A stretch of DNA of 64,000 nucleotides, from assembly GCA_001643675.2 (NCBI GenBank), contig LSRY02000007.1, forward strand, positions 806,001-870,000, read 5' to 3'. The stretch comes from Monocercomonoides exilis PA203 (lineage: Eukaryota > Protista > Preaxostyla). A program made the position numbers and the translations under genes. The notes under the pieces are model-generated. The model made no database searches. It was not told the origin of the DNA and saw nothing but the letters and a program-made list of their open reading frames with translations. Position 1 is the first letter of the stretch, and every line of letters begins with the position of its first letter. Positions 48,151 through 60,716 of the stretch are shown piece by piece.

Positions 48151-49162
48151 TCAAAATTGCTTTAATCCTAATACATATCCAATAGTTGAAAGAGTTTCAT
48201 GCCTCCAGAGGATGCTCCTATGTTTTGTGTTTGGCACATGCACTTTCACAGAGTTAGGGATATCATCAAAGAACGAGCACACCGTCGGAACGGTCTCGTC
48301 CCCATCAATCATCTGCCATTCAGCAGCAGGCAGGTTGTCGAACGAAGAATCTTGGCTGTTTTGAGAAGAGGAGGTGTTTGCTTGTTTGTTTTGCTTCTTG
48401 TTCTCTTTGAATTCTTTTAGCTTTCGCTTGATGGTTTGCTTCATGGATTCTATTGGGATGTCTGGAAGAGGCCTCAATTGGAAATAGTCTGAATATTCAC
48501 GAGGATGAAGGGAGGAAGAAGAAGAGGAAGAGGAAGAAGAGGAAGAAGAAGAAACAGAAGAAGAAGAGGAAGAAGACGACGAAGAAGAAGAAGAAGAAGA
48601 AGATGCAGTATAGTTAACTGAATAAGAGCACCCAGGCTTCGACTCTGGCGTCGCCTGAAGAGATTGTCTAGGCACATCTGCGCTGGATGCAGAAGCAGCC
48701 TTGTTCTGAAAGAGAAGCTCTGGTTTGTGCACAATCAGGTTCCATTCAGTCGGCGTGCCAGAGCCAAAGATGTTGAACACATTGACTGTGTAACGCGGCT
48801 TGCTGGCTGGCTTTGAGGATTTGTTTGCTTGCTCATTTAATTTGTTAATTTCTTTGTTCTCCTTTGTTTTGTCGTTGCTGCCTTCATTTTCATTTTCATT
48901 GCAAAAGTCTTCCTCGTCTTCTTCCTCTTCTCCTTCCTCTTCCTCTTTCTCTTTCTCTCCTTCCTCTTCCATCGGATGAACTGTGAACGTTGATGAAAGC
49001 GACGGGATGTTTGTGACAAACGAAGGAGGAATAGTTTTCGAGCACATCGTCTCAATGTTTGTGCGTATTGTGTTGTATGAAGGATTCATCCACATCACTT
49101 CTGCAAGAGGAGGAAGAGAAGAAGAAGAAGAAGAAGAAGACGAAGAAGAAGAAGAAGAAGAA

Positions 49163-49203
<41 letters not shown>

Positions 49204-51592
49204 CGATGACGATGATGATGAAGCTAATGATTGTTGCTCAGATGCTTCCTCAGATTTAGACATCATCTTTGATGCCTCATTTGATACAGACTGCGAAGAT
49301 GATGGAGAAGGAGAAGAAGAAGCAGAAGGTGAAAGAGAAGGATCAGGTGAAGCAGCTGGTAAATTGCAGTTGTTTTGTCTTCTATCAAATATGTCGATGA
49401 ATGCTCTCACGAGAGAGTGTTGAATGTGAGTGGGCTTTGGATACTGGAACATCGATGCAAACTCTGCTGCTTCCTTCTCGAAACTGCTAAGCTCCTTTGT
49501 TGGGGCAGATGATGACTCAGTAATTGATGTGCTGTTTGTGACAGAAGAAGAAGAAGAAGAAGAAGAACTCTTAAATGGATTCAGCGAGCCCCAAAACGAA
49601 GACAAACGCCCACTGCCTGCGCTCTTCGTGTTCTGCTTCTCTTCTTTTTGCCTCTCTTCCTTCTCCTTCTTCTCCTTCTCCTTCTGATATGAATCAAGAA
49701 ATTCTCCGTTGCGTATCATCGATGGCAGAGGAACCTGCTCGCCTTCTTTCGGCGCGAGCAAAAAGGAAGGAAGAGGCGGCGTCTCGTGCTGGAGAAAATG
49801 CACAGCTGCTTTTGGGAGAGGGAAAGTGATTGTGTCTTTGGAGCTGTTGGAGGAGACTTGTTCTGAAATAGAAGATGACAATGATGAGGAAGAAGAGGAT
49901 GAGGAGGAAGAAGAAGAAGAAGAAGATGATGATGATGATGCAATAGAAGGAGGAAGTTCAAGTTCAGAAGACGACGGGACAAACAACTGAGGAGAAGATG
50001 CAGAATGAGGTGAAGGTGTGGGTGAAAGCAATGGAGAGACACTAACATCTCCAACGCTTTCTGTTGTTGATGAAGAAGAAGAAGATGATGATGATGATGA
50101 TGATGAAGGCGGAGCAACTGCTTCAGAATTTTCAAGAGAAGAAGGAGCTGCCGAAGAAACACTTTCGTCTTTGCTTTTCGGGTTTGAGAGGAAAGAAAAT
50201 GAAGAAAGGACAGAAGAGAGGAATGATGGTGAAGGAGTTGGTGTTGGAGAAGGAGAAGGATAAGGGCACGAAGGAGAAGGAGGAGATGCAATGGCAGGTG
50301 ATGAAGCAGAAGCAGCAGTTGAAGAAGAAGAAGCAGAAGAAGAAGCAGAGCAGTTGCTTGAGTCACGAGGCAATGCAGAAATCGAAGGTGATGTTGCAGA
50401 ATTGCTGGGAGGGACTGCAACAACTTTATTTGTCTCTGTAAATGGCTCTAATTTGAATGACATCACTTTTTTAATTTGGGCATCTTTTTTCTTCTGTTCT
50501 TCAAGGTCTTCTTTTTCAAGTGTCTTTTCTTCTTCTTCTTCTTCTTCTTCTTCTTCTTTGCTTTTCTTTTTTTCCTGCTGGTAAACCCGCACATCAATGA
50601 ATGGATAGTTCCATTTCCCGCCTCTGCTCATTTTTCTTGTTCTGCTCTGCCGAATGTTCTCTTCGGCTCTTTTTCTCTCATCTGTACAACATGAGTCAAA
50701 ATCAAAGCATTCTCCTCCGCCGTCCTCAACATGAAAGGAAAACCAATCGTACTCATCTTCTGTTGCGCTTTTATTTTGATTCTTTCCATTTGTGCTAATT
50801 TTACGAATGGCAACTTTTGGTGAGAATCTGAAATAACGAGGATTTATAAACCAGTTTGCAATTGGGCAGCATTGTTGAATCTCTCTGAACATTGACCGTT
50901 TGAGAATAAATTCAGGAATCCCCATTGCATATCCGTGAAGCAGGCAGTCGAGTGACCGAGTAGTTCCTTGAAATGCAGAAGCAATTGCAAACCAATTTGA
51001 TACTCTTGAAGAAAACCATTTTGGTCTATTAGCAAACAGGACTCTTATCAGTGCAGACGAAAACGAATGTGTAATGACTGATATTCTTCTTCTTCCGCTT
51101 AAACGATAAACTTCTTCAATTCTTTGAGCAGTAGGTTTCAGTAGTTGATTAACGCCCATTCTCCAATCAAAAGGAAAACCAAACAATGAAATTCCCGGTT
51201 TATATCCATTTTTCAAAAACATTTCAACCATATCCTGATAGTAAGAGCCCATGCTTTCAATGATTTTTTCCAAATATTTGAAAAAATAGATTACATTCAA
51301 AAATAAAACAAATAAAAGCAAACCCTTTCAAAGGTTTAAAAGTTGTTAGAAGATTATAGCATGCATATAAGCCATGATTATTCATTGGCACAAATACCTC
51401 CGTTGATTTATCACGCTGAACAATGTTTAAATCAGGATCCATATCGCACCACATGTAACGTCTTGTAATATCGTTCGCATGATAAAGTTTTGTAAACACT
51501 TGTTGGATTTTGCCAGTTTTCAAATCTTTTCCATAGAGGATGGATGCTCCACATCCTGGAATCAGAAGAACTGCTTCTTGATTTACGCTCAT
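48151..51592 (-). CDS. LCAT/lysosomal-PLA2-family alpha/beta hydrolase (LCAT3/4-like phospholipase/acyltransferase), 2 exons, with a very long Ser-rich insert
   Basis: ATG 51592, intron 51254-51323 (GTTTGC..AAG); VLLIPGCGASIL, FGFPFDWR, ITHSFSS (nucleophile Ser), ASAFQG, NIFGSGTPT, DGDETVP, KHRSIL. Confidence 0.85.
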
Positions 51593-51919
51593 CAATTAAT
51601 ATATTATCCTAATTATTTGATCTACTAAATTATTTTTTGTTTCATTATTTCAAGAATGTTATTATGGTAATTTTTCTAATAAATTCATCAGAAAGGACTT
51701 TTGCATAAAATCGTTGAACATTTTGTGCAAAAAAAAATTCATTGGCATATGATTTCATGTAGTTAATGAAAAATGCTCAGAATTTGAAGATATCAAGATA
51801 ATGTGTTTAAAGGTGAAAATATTGCACACTTTCCTTCGAATTTTTGATTCACTAACTTGCAAATATTGAACAATAAACATTGGGGAAAAAAAAATGCAAG
51901 GAGGGCAAATTTTTTATAT

Positions 51920-52035
51920 GGCTGATCCTTTTTGAAATCATTCTTTCGTTCGAGTTTTGATCTGAAATTTAATCTTAATGGTATTTTTTGGAAAAAAAAT
52001 TTTGATTCTGCAATAGCAATATCATAAACAACATG
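51920..52035. mobile_element. Single end of the 1795-2259 MITE family
   Basis: ATAT|GGCTGATCCTTTTTGAAATCATTCTTTCGTTCGAGTTTTGATC...GCAATAGCAA matches the reverse complement of 2150-2259; partner end not found. Confidence 0.7.
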
Positions 52036-52554
52036 TATTTGTTAATCACAACTTTAAGAAACGTTCAGAAACTCGTTTTTTTTTTTTTTCGGATTTTTTG
52101 TAATAGAATGATTTAATATCTAAAAATAAAACATGCAAGGGGTGAATTTTCCATTTTAAGAATACTCTTTTTCAATGAAAAAAATCATATTTTCTAAAAC
52201 ATTAGGTTATGATCAAACTGATAACAAATATTTTTGTTTGAAAATAAAACGATTTTTGGAAATTTCACAGTTTGGAACAATTGGATTTGTTAGACAAAAT
52301 CTTTCGATTCACACGAAGTGAATTAAAGATATTTGAAGTTCTTATTTGATTGTTTTGTGAGTTTTTTAAGAATAAAATTTCGTGAAAATGAACTTCTCGG
52401 GTTTCGTTCTGCTTTCGTGTTTTCCTTCGAATCGAAATATTAGGTTTTGGGTTTAAGTTAAATTTTTGTTCATTTTTTTATAAATAGGGTTAGGGTTTTA
52501 ATCAAAAAATCACTTTTTCACACCAAAAAAAAAAGACGTGTGTGTAAAAATGAT

Positions 52555-52604
<50 letters not shown>

Positions 52605-52612
52605 AGTAAATA

Positions 52613-52990
52613 CAGATATCGCATAAAATACCGGGCATCGCACAAAATACCTAACAAGATCGATTTCTTAATAACTACAAGAAGAAAAATTCTGACAATT
52701 TTCCTCAAAATACACCTCATTTATACAAACTCAATTGATAAACGAGACTCTCAAAATAGCTCCATTTGTGCTCACAGAAAATTATTATTAAAATTTCGGA
52801 GAAATAGGATTTTGAGTTTCTCCGAGATTTTAACAATAATTTTTTTCCGAGCATAAACGAGGAAGTAATGAAAGTCTTGTTTGTCACGTGAGTTTGTATT
52901 GATGTGATATATTTTGTGGAAATTTATCAGAATTTTTCTTCTTGCGGTTATTGTGAAATCGATCTTGTCCGGTATTTTGTGCGATATCTG
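52613..52990. mobile_element. Foldback MITE family C, second copy
   Basis: TA|CAGATATCGCA ... TGCGATATCTG|TA; palindromic over nearly its whole length; homologous to 2597-2990. Confidence 0.9.
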
Positions 52991-53033
52991 TATTTGAATG
53001 AATTGAAAAACTTTTTCTATTTCTTCTCTATAT

Positions 53034-56000
53034 GGGTGATTTTTTTTGATATCATAAAAAAAGATCAAAAATTGAAAAAATAATATTTATTGTGGTATTT
53101 ATTGATCATAGAGTTAAATTGATTTTTCATGTATATTTAGCTTTTATTTCTGTCATATATATTTGTTTTTTTTGTTCATATGAAAAAAAGCATACCTTTT
53201 TAATGTTTTGATTTAAAAGGATTTTTATGATCAAGTTTCATAAAAATGATGTAAAAATTGATAAAGTTTAATCAACAAAACTCATCAAAAAAACAAAAAA
53301 ATATTCTTAACTTGCTTAACAAAGCTAATAAAAGGGAAAAAATATTTAGAGAACTCAAAAAAGCGCAACATTAGTGAATTTTTATTTTTCCATAGAAAAT
53401 GCAATATGTTTTTCATTAATCTAGCTGAAACCTCATTAAAAAATTCCAGTATCTGCTGATCAGCTCAACAGATTCAGCAAACGGGGTTTGTGTTATTCAG
53501 GAAACTGCAGTTAATAAGAACACTTTACTCAACATCGAAACTTCTCTTTAAATTCAATATGCAAATGCAGTTCAATTTTTCTTCTCAACACCATATCGTT
53601 TCCTGTCATTTCTTCTCGACATTTTTAAAATTCTCATTTCGTTAACTGCGTTCTTTTCCAAAGTTCCTGCTCTTGCAACTCATGCGCAGAAATCTATATT
53701 AAATTCGTCCCAATCATCATTTGTTTTTTGTTCAGTCTATTTCTTTCCCCTTTTCGTCATCTTCTTCCTCTTTCTCTTGATCATCCTTTTCTTTCGTTCC
53801 AGCTTCCCCTTCATTTGACTCTCTCTCCTTCATCGCTCTCATCTCTCCAGGTGGCAACAATTTCTTTTGTTTCACAAGCAACTCACTTTGATGATCAAAA
53901 TTGATATCCTTCCACTCTTCTTCCAAACCTTCTATCTTCTCTCTCTCTTCCTTCGGCTCTCGCCATTACAGCAATTAAACAATGGCATATCCGATTCTTC
54001 CCTCCCTTGAAAGTGAGACTCATTCAAAACAGTTTTTCCTTTCCCTTCTGATCCCACTGCTCTCTCCCATTCTAGCTCTCAGAGTCGTTTGGCAGCGCTT
54101 CATCAAAACTTTCTGAGAAATCTATAAGTTCTTTTTAATTTGTTATTCTGTGAGTGCTGTGTGTGAGCAAGAGTTAAGATTGTGGAATAAGTTGAGACTT
54201 GGGAGAAGAAGAGGAAAGGAATGAAGGAGAAGGAGCAAATGGCTGAGGAATTGATATAACCCTCTTTCAAATACGATTCTGAAAGAAGAAAATCATTCTT
54301 GTTGTTGAGGAGTGCGCTTTGTGACTCAGATATAGCAGTTCTTATCTTCTCATTGGACTATGTTCCGCTGTGGCTGTTTTGCGCTGCATTCTTCTGAGGT
54401 GGAGAAGCTGCGCGCGTTCATCAGGTAGTGGGTGGAGCATGAAATGGTGGGATCGGTATATCAAAGAATTAGTTCTGAGGCAATCAATGGATGCAGCAAA
54501 GGTGAGGATTGGAAAAAACGCAGTCGAGACAAAGTGAGCGAATGACCTTGTGTGAGAGGAGAAGCTGAATATAACCATCATTCTTCTTCTTCTTCTTCTT
54601 CTTCTCTTTCGTTACACTCTCCTTTTCTTCATCCTCTTCATCTTCCTCCTCCTCCGTATCTTCTCTTGTTCCTCTTTTTCCCAACAGGTGCATACAGATT
54701 AAGCAAAGCACCAGCAGCTCCTATTTTCGCTATGTCAGTTGCCGTTGGCAACGCCAGGACGCCAACAAGATTCAACACAACGCCCCAGCTCAGCAAACGA
54801 CGCAGCAGCTCTTCCTTCGTAACTGTTGGCTCGTTGTTCGCTTCTTTATCCTTCTCGTTTCTCTTCTCCTTCGTATCCCCAAATATCACACTTCCATCAT
54901 ATCCCCTCCGTGGCATTCCACCATATCCTCCATCTCGTTTTTCCTCTCCAACTCCTTCTTCAGCCAGCCCTCTTCCTTCTGTAAGCGCCTCGATGATTTC
55001 CGACGTGTTGTTCCGAACAATCGCCTGTGGTGAGTGCATCAGCTCGACCAGCTCGTTAAACAGCGCCTTGTCGAGCAAGCTGGCAAACAGCTTGAACGGC
55101 TTGCTGGTTAGTGAGAGAAGGATGGAAGAAGCCTTTCCACTGTTTTCAGGGTGTTGGGTGCAGCAGGCGGTGGATGGGCTGGAGAATGCAGTGGTGCAGA
55201 AACACGGAATGGAACTCAGCACCATTTGTGATGAATTTGTGGGTCACACGAAGAGAAGAAGAGACAAGAGGGTGCCAATGGAAACTGGATGTGAATATAT
55301 TTGCGTATTTGTGAATAATGATAACGAATGAGTGAAAAAGTGGGTGTAAAAATGAAGAAGAAAAAGAATTTGATCAAAAAGAAGAAAGAAAGAAAAACTT
55401 GTGAACAAAATCTCAACAAATATTTTCTGACAAACCTCATGAATCTGATCAATTGCTTTGCAACAGCATCATTCAGCAAATAATCTTCACTGCTTTGTAA
55501 GACAATTGAAAAATCATTGCCACTAGTCCACCATCATAACTGTTTATCATTTGAGAGTGAACAAAAAAATTTAGATTTAGATAAATATTTGAAAAGCAAA
55601 ATTCAGATTTACAAAAATAAATCAAACAATTAATGAAATATATTTTATTTTATAGAAAAATTCAAATTTTCCATACAATTCTGGTTTGCTACATGGGTGA
55701 TGGCGTTGAGTCTCCTCAGTCTGCGGATGTTGTTTAAGCCGCAGACCATTAACTGTTCAACAGGAAACGCACAGCGCAGCTAAAATGGAACGTCCATCGA
55801 CAGAAAAGTGCCACAAACGTCACTGGTACATTAATTAATCATATTCTGCCGCTTCACTTTGAACGAACGTCCTGAGCTGTGCTTGATGGATAGGAGGTTG
55901 GTTGGGGAAGGAGAAAAGGAAGAAAAAGAAGAAGGAGAAGAAGAAGGTGGTGGTGATGATGGTGATGAAATGTGAAATGAAGAAGAAGTGAATGAAGATG

Positions 56001-59000
56001 ATTTGTTAGTAGATGCAAACGTTGAGAAAGTGAATGGTGTTTCCATAATCTGCTGATGAATCCTTCTTCGATTTTTGATTTCAGGAAGAAACTCTGAGCA
56101 AAGAGTGGTTAGAATCTTCACAGGCTTATTTTTCGTCTCAGCTTCTTTCTTCTTCTTTTATGAGATCCCTTTTTTCTGTGCCTTTTTTATGCATCTGCCA
56201 AATCCTTCTTTTCCTTTTTCTCTTCCTTCTCAATATCCGCCCGAATTCCCATAGCTTGCTGTACATGTTGCGTGGTTCAGAAGGATGCTTTGTGGCTCAA
56301 ATATATCCCCCATAGCTTTCATGTTGCTGCTTGCAAATACACCTGCATTGCTCAACTGTCCTTCACAAGAATCGTTCGAGGAATACCCAGCGAGAAGGAA
56401 GAAATGGAAGAAGGAGGAGAAGGAGGAGAAGGAGGAGAGCAAGAAGAAGACATGTTTGATAAAGAGACAGAGCTTGGGCTAATTATGTACATGGACTTCT
56501 GGGTAAGTGAAGAGGAATCGGTGGCGGAAGACGTAGAAGTAATGGGCTTCGGGGAAGTGCCAGTCAGAACAGAAGTGGAAGATAATTGGGTATGGTGGAA
56601 GTGAGAAAAATGAGGAGTAGCAAATGTCGAGGAAGCTGTGATGTTTTGAATGTGCTATTGAACGAGTAAAATGTCTGCTGATGTTCATCTTCATTTTCAT
56701 CACCTCCTTCTTCTCTTCCCCTGTCCTCCTCCTCCTTTCCGTTGCTGCCTGTGCAAGCCTTGTGTCGAAAATGTCAATTTGCGATGTGCAAAACCAGTTT
56801 TTCTCCTTCGCCTTCGTCTTCGCCTTTGGCTCTTCTTTCTGACTCCGTTTCCTCTGCACGAAGCTCAATTTGCTTCTGAAATCCGCCTTCTTTGCCTCTT
56901 CCATTTGAACTTGCACTCCTCTCTCTTCGCATCTTCGCGGTGTCATAAAGCGAGCAGAAGAACGTAATGTGCCTTGAAGCTCCTTCCCTCTTCCACTTCC
57001 ATTTCTCATTCAATGCCCATTCGCCTCATTCACTCCATTCAGCATAGCCGGAGCGCGGAAGCCGAACGAAGTACTGAAGCAGAGTTGGATGTGCTGCTGC
57101 AAAAGAAGAAAGCAGTTCAAATGCACATCCAGCAATCCCACAGAAGGCATTGATGATGATGATTCTGTTGAGAGTAGGTAATCCGAACAATATTATTTTT
57201 GGTGCGTTTATCAAGCTGCCGATTGAACAGTTAACACAAATTTGAATATCGATGACTTAATCCAATGCGAAATGTGAAGAAATATCAAAGAGAAAGGAGA
57301 AGAAGGCGAAGAAGAAGGTGAAGACGAAGTTCAAGTCGAAAAATTTGAATATATGCGGTGATAGAGAAATGCGCAATCAGTCAACTGGCGTTTCTGAAGA
57401 AGATGACGAGGACGCTTTGCGTGAAGTCGTTAATAGGCCAAATTGTCTCGCTGTATACACTTCAGATTGGTTTGAAAAAATTCAATCACAATATTTGTGA
57501 CGAACAGACTGTGGAAATTAATCTTGCTGTATTTTTCCAAAATCAATTGAATTTCATTTTGCGATTTCCTCTCCATTCCTCTCAAAAATCGAAAATGATA
57601 CTATTTCTCAATTTCTTTTCTTTTCCATTCCCCTCTTCCATTCAGCTCACAAAATCATCTGAAAATATCAATCCCCTCCTTTTCTTCATCTTTCCCATTC
57701 TCTTCCATAAAATCTTTTCTTCTAAAAAAACACCCTTTTCCATTTGAACACTTCAGAATATTCTTCTTCTTGCCCACTTTAACACTCTTTTCTTTCTCTT
57801 CAAAATCCATTTCTCCAATCACCAATCAGTCCTCTTTCATCATCCTCAGCCACTTGCCTACATATTTACAACAAACTTTTCTCCAAATCTCCGCTTGCTC
57901 TTCCCCATCCCTCTGTCTCAGAATTTCTTCCTTTCAAAAACCACTCTCGAAACATTAACATTCCATAAAACTCTCAATTCCTTCCCTCTGCAACAAATAA
58001 TCCTCTTTCATCTCTTCTCTGCACAATATCCCTCATGTGCAAGGTGTTGATGAGATAAACATCAAATACTTCTTTTGGTGTTTGAGAATATTATTAAAGG
58101 AGATGATCATACCAAAAACAGAAAAAACACAACTTAACATCCGCCACAATGTGAACCGGCTGAGAAGGCTCTCCAGTAAGATACACGATGCATTTTGTGG
58201 AGATGCATTCTTTGTTGCAATTTGACCATTCTAAGACTGAAATAAAGATATTGATTTATTTTTGGAATGATGATGGCTGTGGAAATGAGTGTGTTTGGCA
58301 AAAAACAGTCGAAGAGCAGTTTGTTCTTTATTTATTTTTCTTTATATGAATATTTATCTGTTGACTGTTTTTGTGTTGTTTTCAGGGCAGGAGGCGGAAA
58401 TGAATGAAAATGAATGAAAGCAGGATATCTCCAAATCCAGAATATTAATAGTGTTTGAACAGTGAATCCATATGGAATGTGTGTGAGTGAAAAAGTTGGA
58501 ACGGAAATTGGAGATAGTTATTTCTTTAAAAGCTGATTGGATTTGAAAAGAAAGGAAAATTTTCAGTTTTTTCAGAACAGCAGGAAATCTATGTGTTCGA
58601 GAGAGAAATATGAATTTAGGACAGCATGACGGGAACTGGTTGCAAAAACTGTTGAAATTTATTTGTTATCAACAAATGTTTTCAGATCTTCATAATCAAT
58701 TTAAATGTTTCTTTGCTGTAACTTTATTAAAAAAATATTTGTGTTAGTAATTGATTAATCACGTGAATGAAACTATAATATTTGGATGTATTAACGATTG
58801 AACGAATATTTTGTTCTGTTTATTGAATTCTCGATATTTTCGAATAATTTTTTAATATTTTTTTCAAAATATGTAATAAAATCAATTGAAAACAAATTAA
58901 AATCAACAAATAATAAATAATAACTATATATTAATGAATATTTTTGCATGATTAAACAAAAATATTTTCGATTCAACCCAACCCTTAATTAAATTTGTTT

Positions 59001-59045
59001 TTGATCAAACGTCGGAATTTTTTATGATATCAAAAAAAATCACCC
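53034..59045. mobile_element. 6.0-kb family-B-type element with perfect 28-bp TIRs and ATAT flanks, enclosing a pseudogene
   Basis: ATAT|GGGTGATTTTTTTTGATATCATAAAAAA ... TTTTTTATGATATCAAAAAAAATCACCC|ATAT. Confidence 0.75.
53420..58660 (-). pseudogene. Fragmented intron-containing gene with an ARM-like segment; multiple frameshifts and stops
   Basis: Exon-like composition but only short staggered ORFs (54638-55225, 54484-54711 and 54342-54581 continue one another through frameshifts); ARM-like text LFNELVELMHSPQAIVRNNTSEIIEALT and GVVLNLVGVLAL..AAGALLNL; AT-rich GTTTGT/GTATGG..AG introns near 55.3-55.4 and 55.55-55.68 kb. Outer limits approximate. Confidence 0.65.
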
Positions 59046-60052
59046 ATATAAAAGAACAATAAAAGAAAAAATACTATAAAATTTATCCAAAATTCATTTT
59101 GTATATCGATTTTAATTTTTATTTTTGAAAATTAGTTTGATCATAACCATAATATTTTGGAAAATATGATTTTTTTCATTGAAAAAGAGTATTCTTAAAA
59201 TGGAAAATTCACCCCTAGCATGTTTTATTTTTAGATATTAAATCATTCTATTACAAAAAATCCGAAAAAAAAACGAGTTTCTAAACGTAACTTAAAGTTG
59301 AGGCTCACCGAATTTTGCTCAATTTTACTCCAAATTCGTTTTCTTTAATTTTTCTAATTTTTAAAGTACATTAAATGCTAATTAAGGAAAATTTTTATTC
59401 ACTGAACCCAAAAAAATATCTCAATTAAAAATTGATCCTTTAATATTTTGTTCCAAAACAGTACAAAAGCTGCAATAAGGAAAACTGGCTCGCAAACTTA
59501 ATTCTTTAAAAAAAAAGATTGTCAAACAAGACAACAATAGGAAAGAAAGAAATTTGGATAAAGCAGGAATTTGAATGAAAAGGAACAATAATTGCTAATT
59601 AAGAATTAAAATTAATCGAATATGTGAAGCGAATAGAATATTTTAAGGACCAGTAAATTTAGTGAAATATGATTGAAAGGAATTAAATGGAATGTTGATA
59701 TGAAAATGTTAAGCGCATGATATTTGCCAATTTTTCAATTGACTAACAGCAATTATTTGCATATTGCGGTTGCAATTATTGGAAACTGTTACTGCAAAAT
59801 GAAAACGCAACGAATTAACAGAAATAAAAACTAAATGCCCTTTGCATAATGAGTGTTGGAGAGAATACATAGGATTAAAAGCAATTGCTGATGATTTTCG
59901 ATGGGAAAAAAAATTTGAAACGCATCATTTCGAAGAACTCTAAAACGAAAAACCTTAAATTAAACCGTTACAAAAATCATTCAAGAATGAAAAAAATTAT
60001 CTTCTAAAAAAGAAAAATTTTCATCAAAAGCGTTAAAGATCAAGAAACAAAC

Positions 60053-60103
60053 AAAGAAGAAAGCATATAAAGAAAGCATATAAAGAAAGCACATAAAGAA
60101 AGC
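60053..60103 (+). repeat. Short tandem repeat, 13-bp unit AAAGAAAGCATAT (about 3 copies)
   Basis: Direct reading. Confidence 0.8.
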
Positions 60104-60240
60104 AAAGCACCCATAAACCTTATTTTTAAATTGCGCAAGTATTGAGCACAAACAGAAAAAAAATGCAGCTTATGAAATTCTTCGCACAAGACAATCAAAC
60201 TTCAGGAGGAAAAAAAAATCCTAATGAGCATGCACAAAAA

Positions 60241-60294
<54 letters not shown>

Positions 60295-60716
60295 AAATTT
60301 TTACAAGTCAAAGAAAGAAAGGAATTATACTTATATATCGAAATAGTGAGAAGAAAATTCATTGCAAGAACCCGAAGATGCGTGAAAAGTATATCTTACA
60401 AAACGTTGCTAATAACTTTTTTAAAAAAGAAAAGAAAAGAAAATGAAAAGAACAACAATAAAAAAAAAGCATATCATCAGATCCAAAATGCAATAGTCAT
60501 AGTTCATTGAATTTCAAGATTTATTTTTGATTAAGAAGAGAAATAATCCCATCATTTGAACCAGAAGAAGCATTTATATTTTGTACCATCTCTTAATGCA
60601 TTATTTATGCAATTTACATGAAATATACGTACAACGAGCTTCATTATTATTGTTGCGTTTGTTGTAATGCTGATAAGAGATGCAATTTCGCAAATAGATA
60701 TTTTTCTTAAATCTTC

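Larger units (their letters stand above)
52049..59300. mobile_element. 7.25-kb segment bounded by ~170-bp highly similar inverted repeats (long-TIR, Mutator-like architecture), non-autonomous
   Basis: 52049-52222 is the reverse complement of 59131-59300 with only a handful of differences (e.g. CGGATTTTTTGTAATAGAATGATTTAATATCTAAAAATAAAACATGC.AGGGGTGAATTTTCCATTTTAAGAATACTC); no convincing TSD found. Confidence 0.75.

Noticed and set aside
52485-52497. TAGGGTTAGGGTT telomere-like motif (and AACCCAACCCT near 58975)
   Set aside because: Only about two units; too short to call an interstitial telomere or a healing site.
54552-55331. 259-aa plus-strand ORF as a candidate transposase of the 6-7 kb element
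   Set aside because: It is the antisense of the ARM-like pseudogene exon; no DDE/DDD or zinc-finger motifs.
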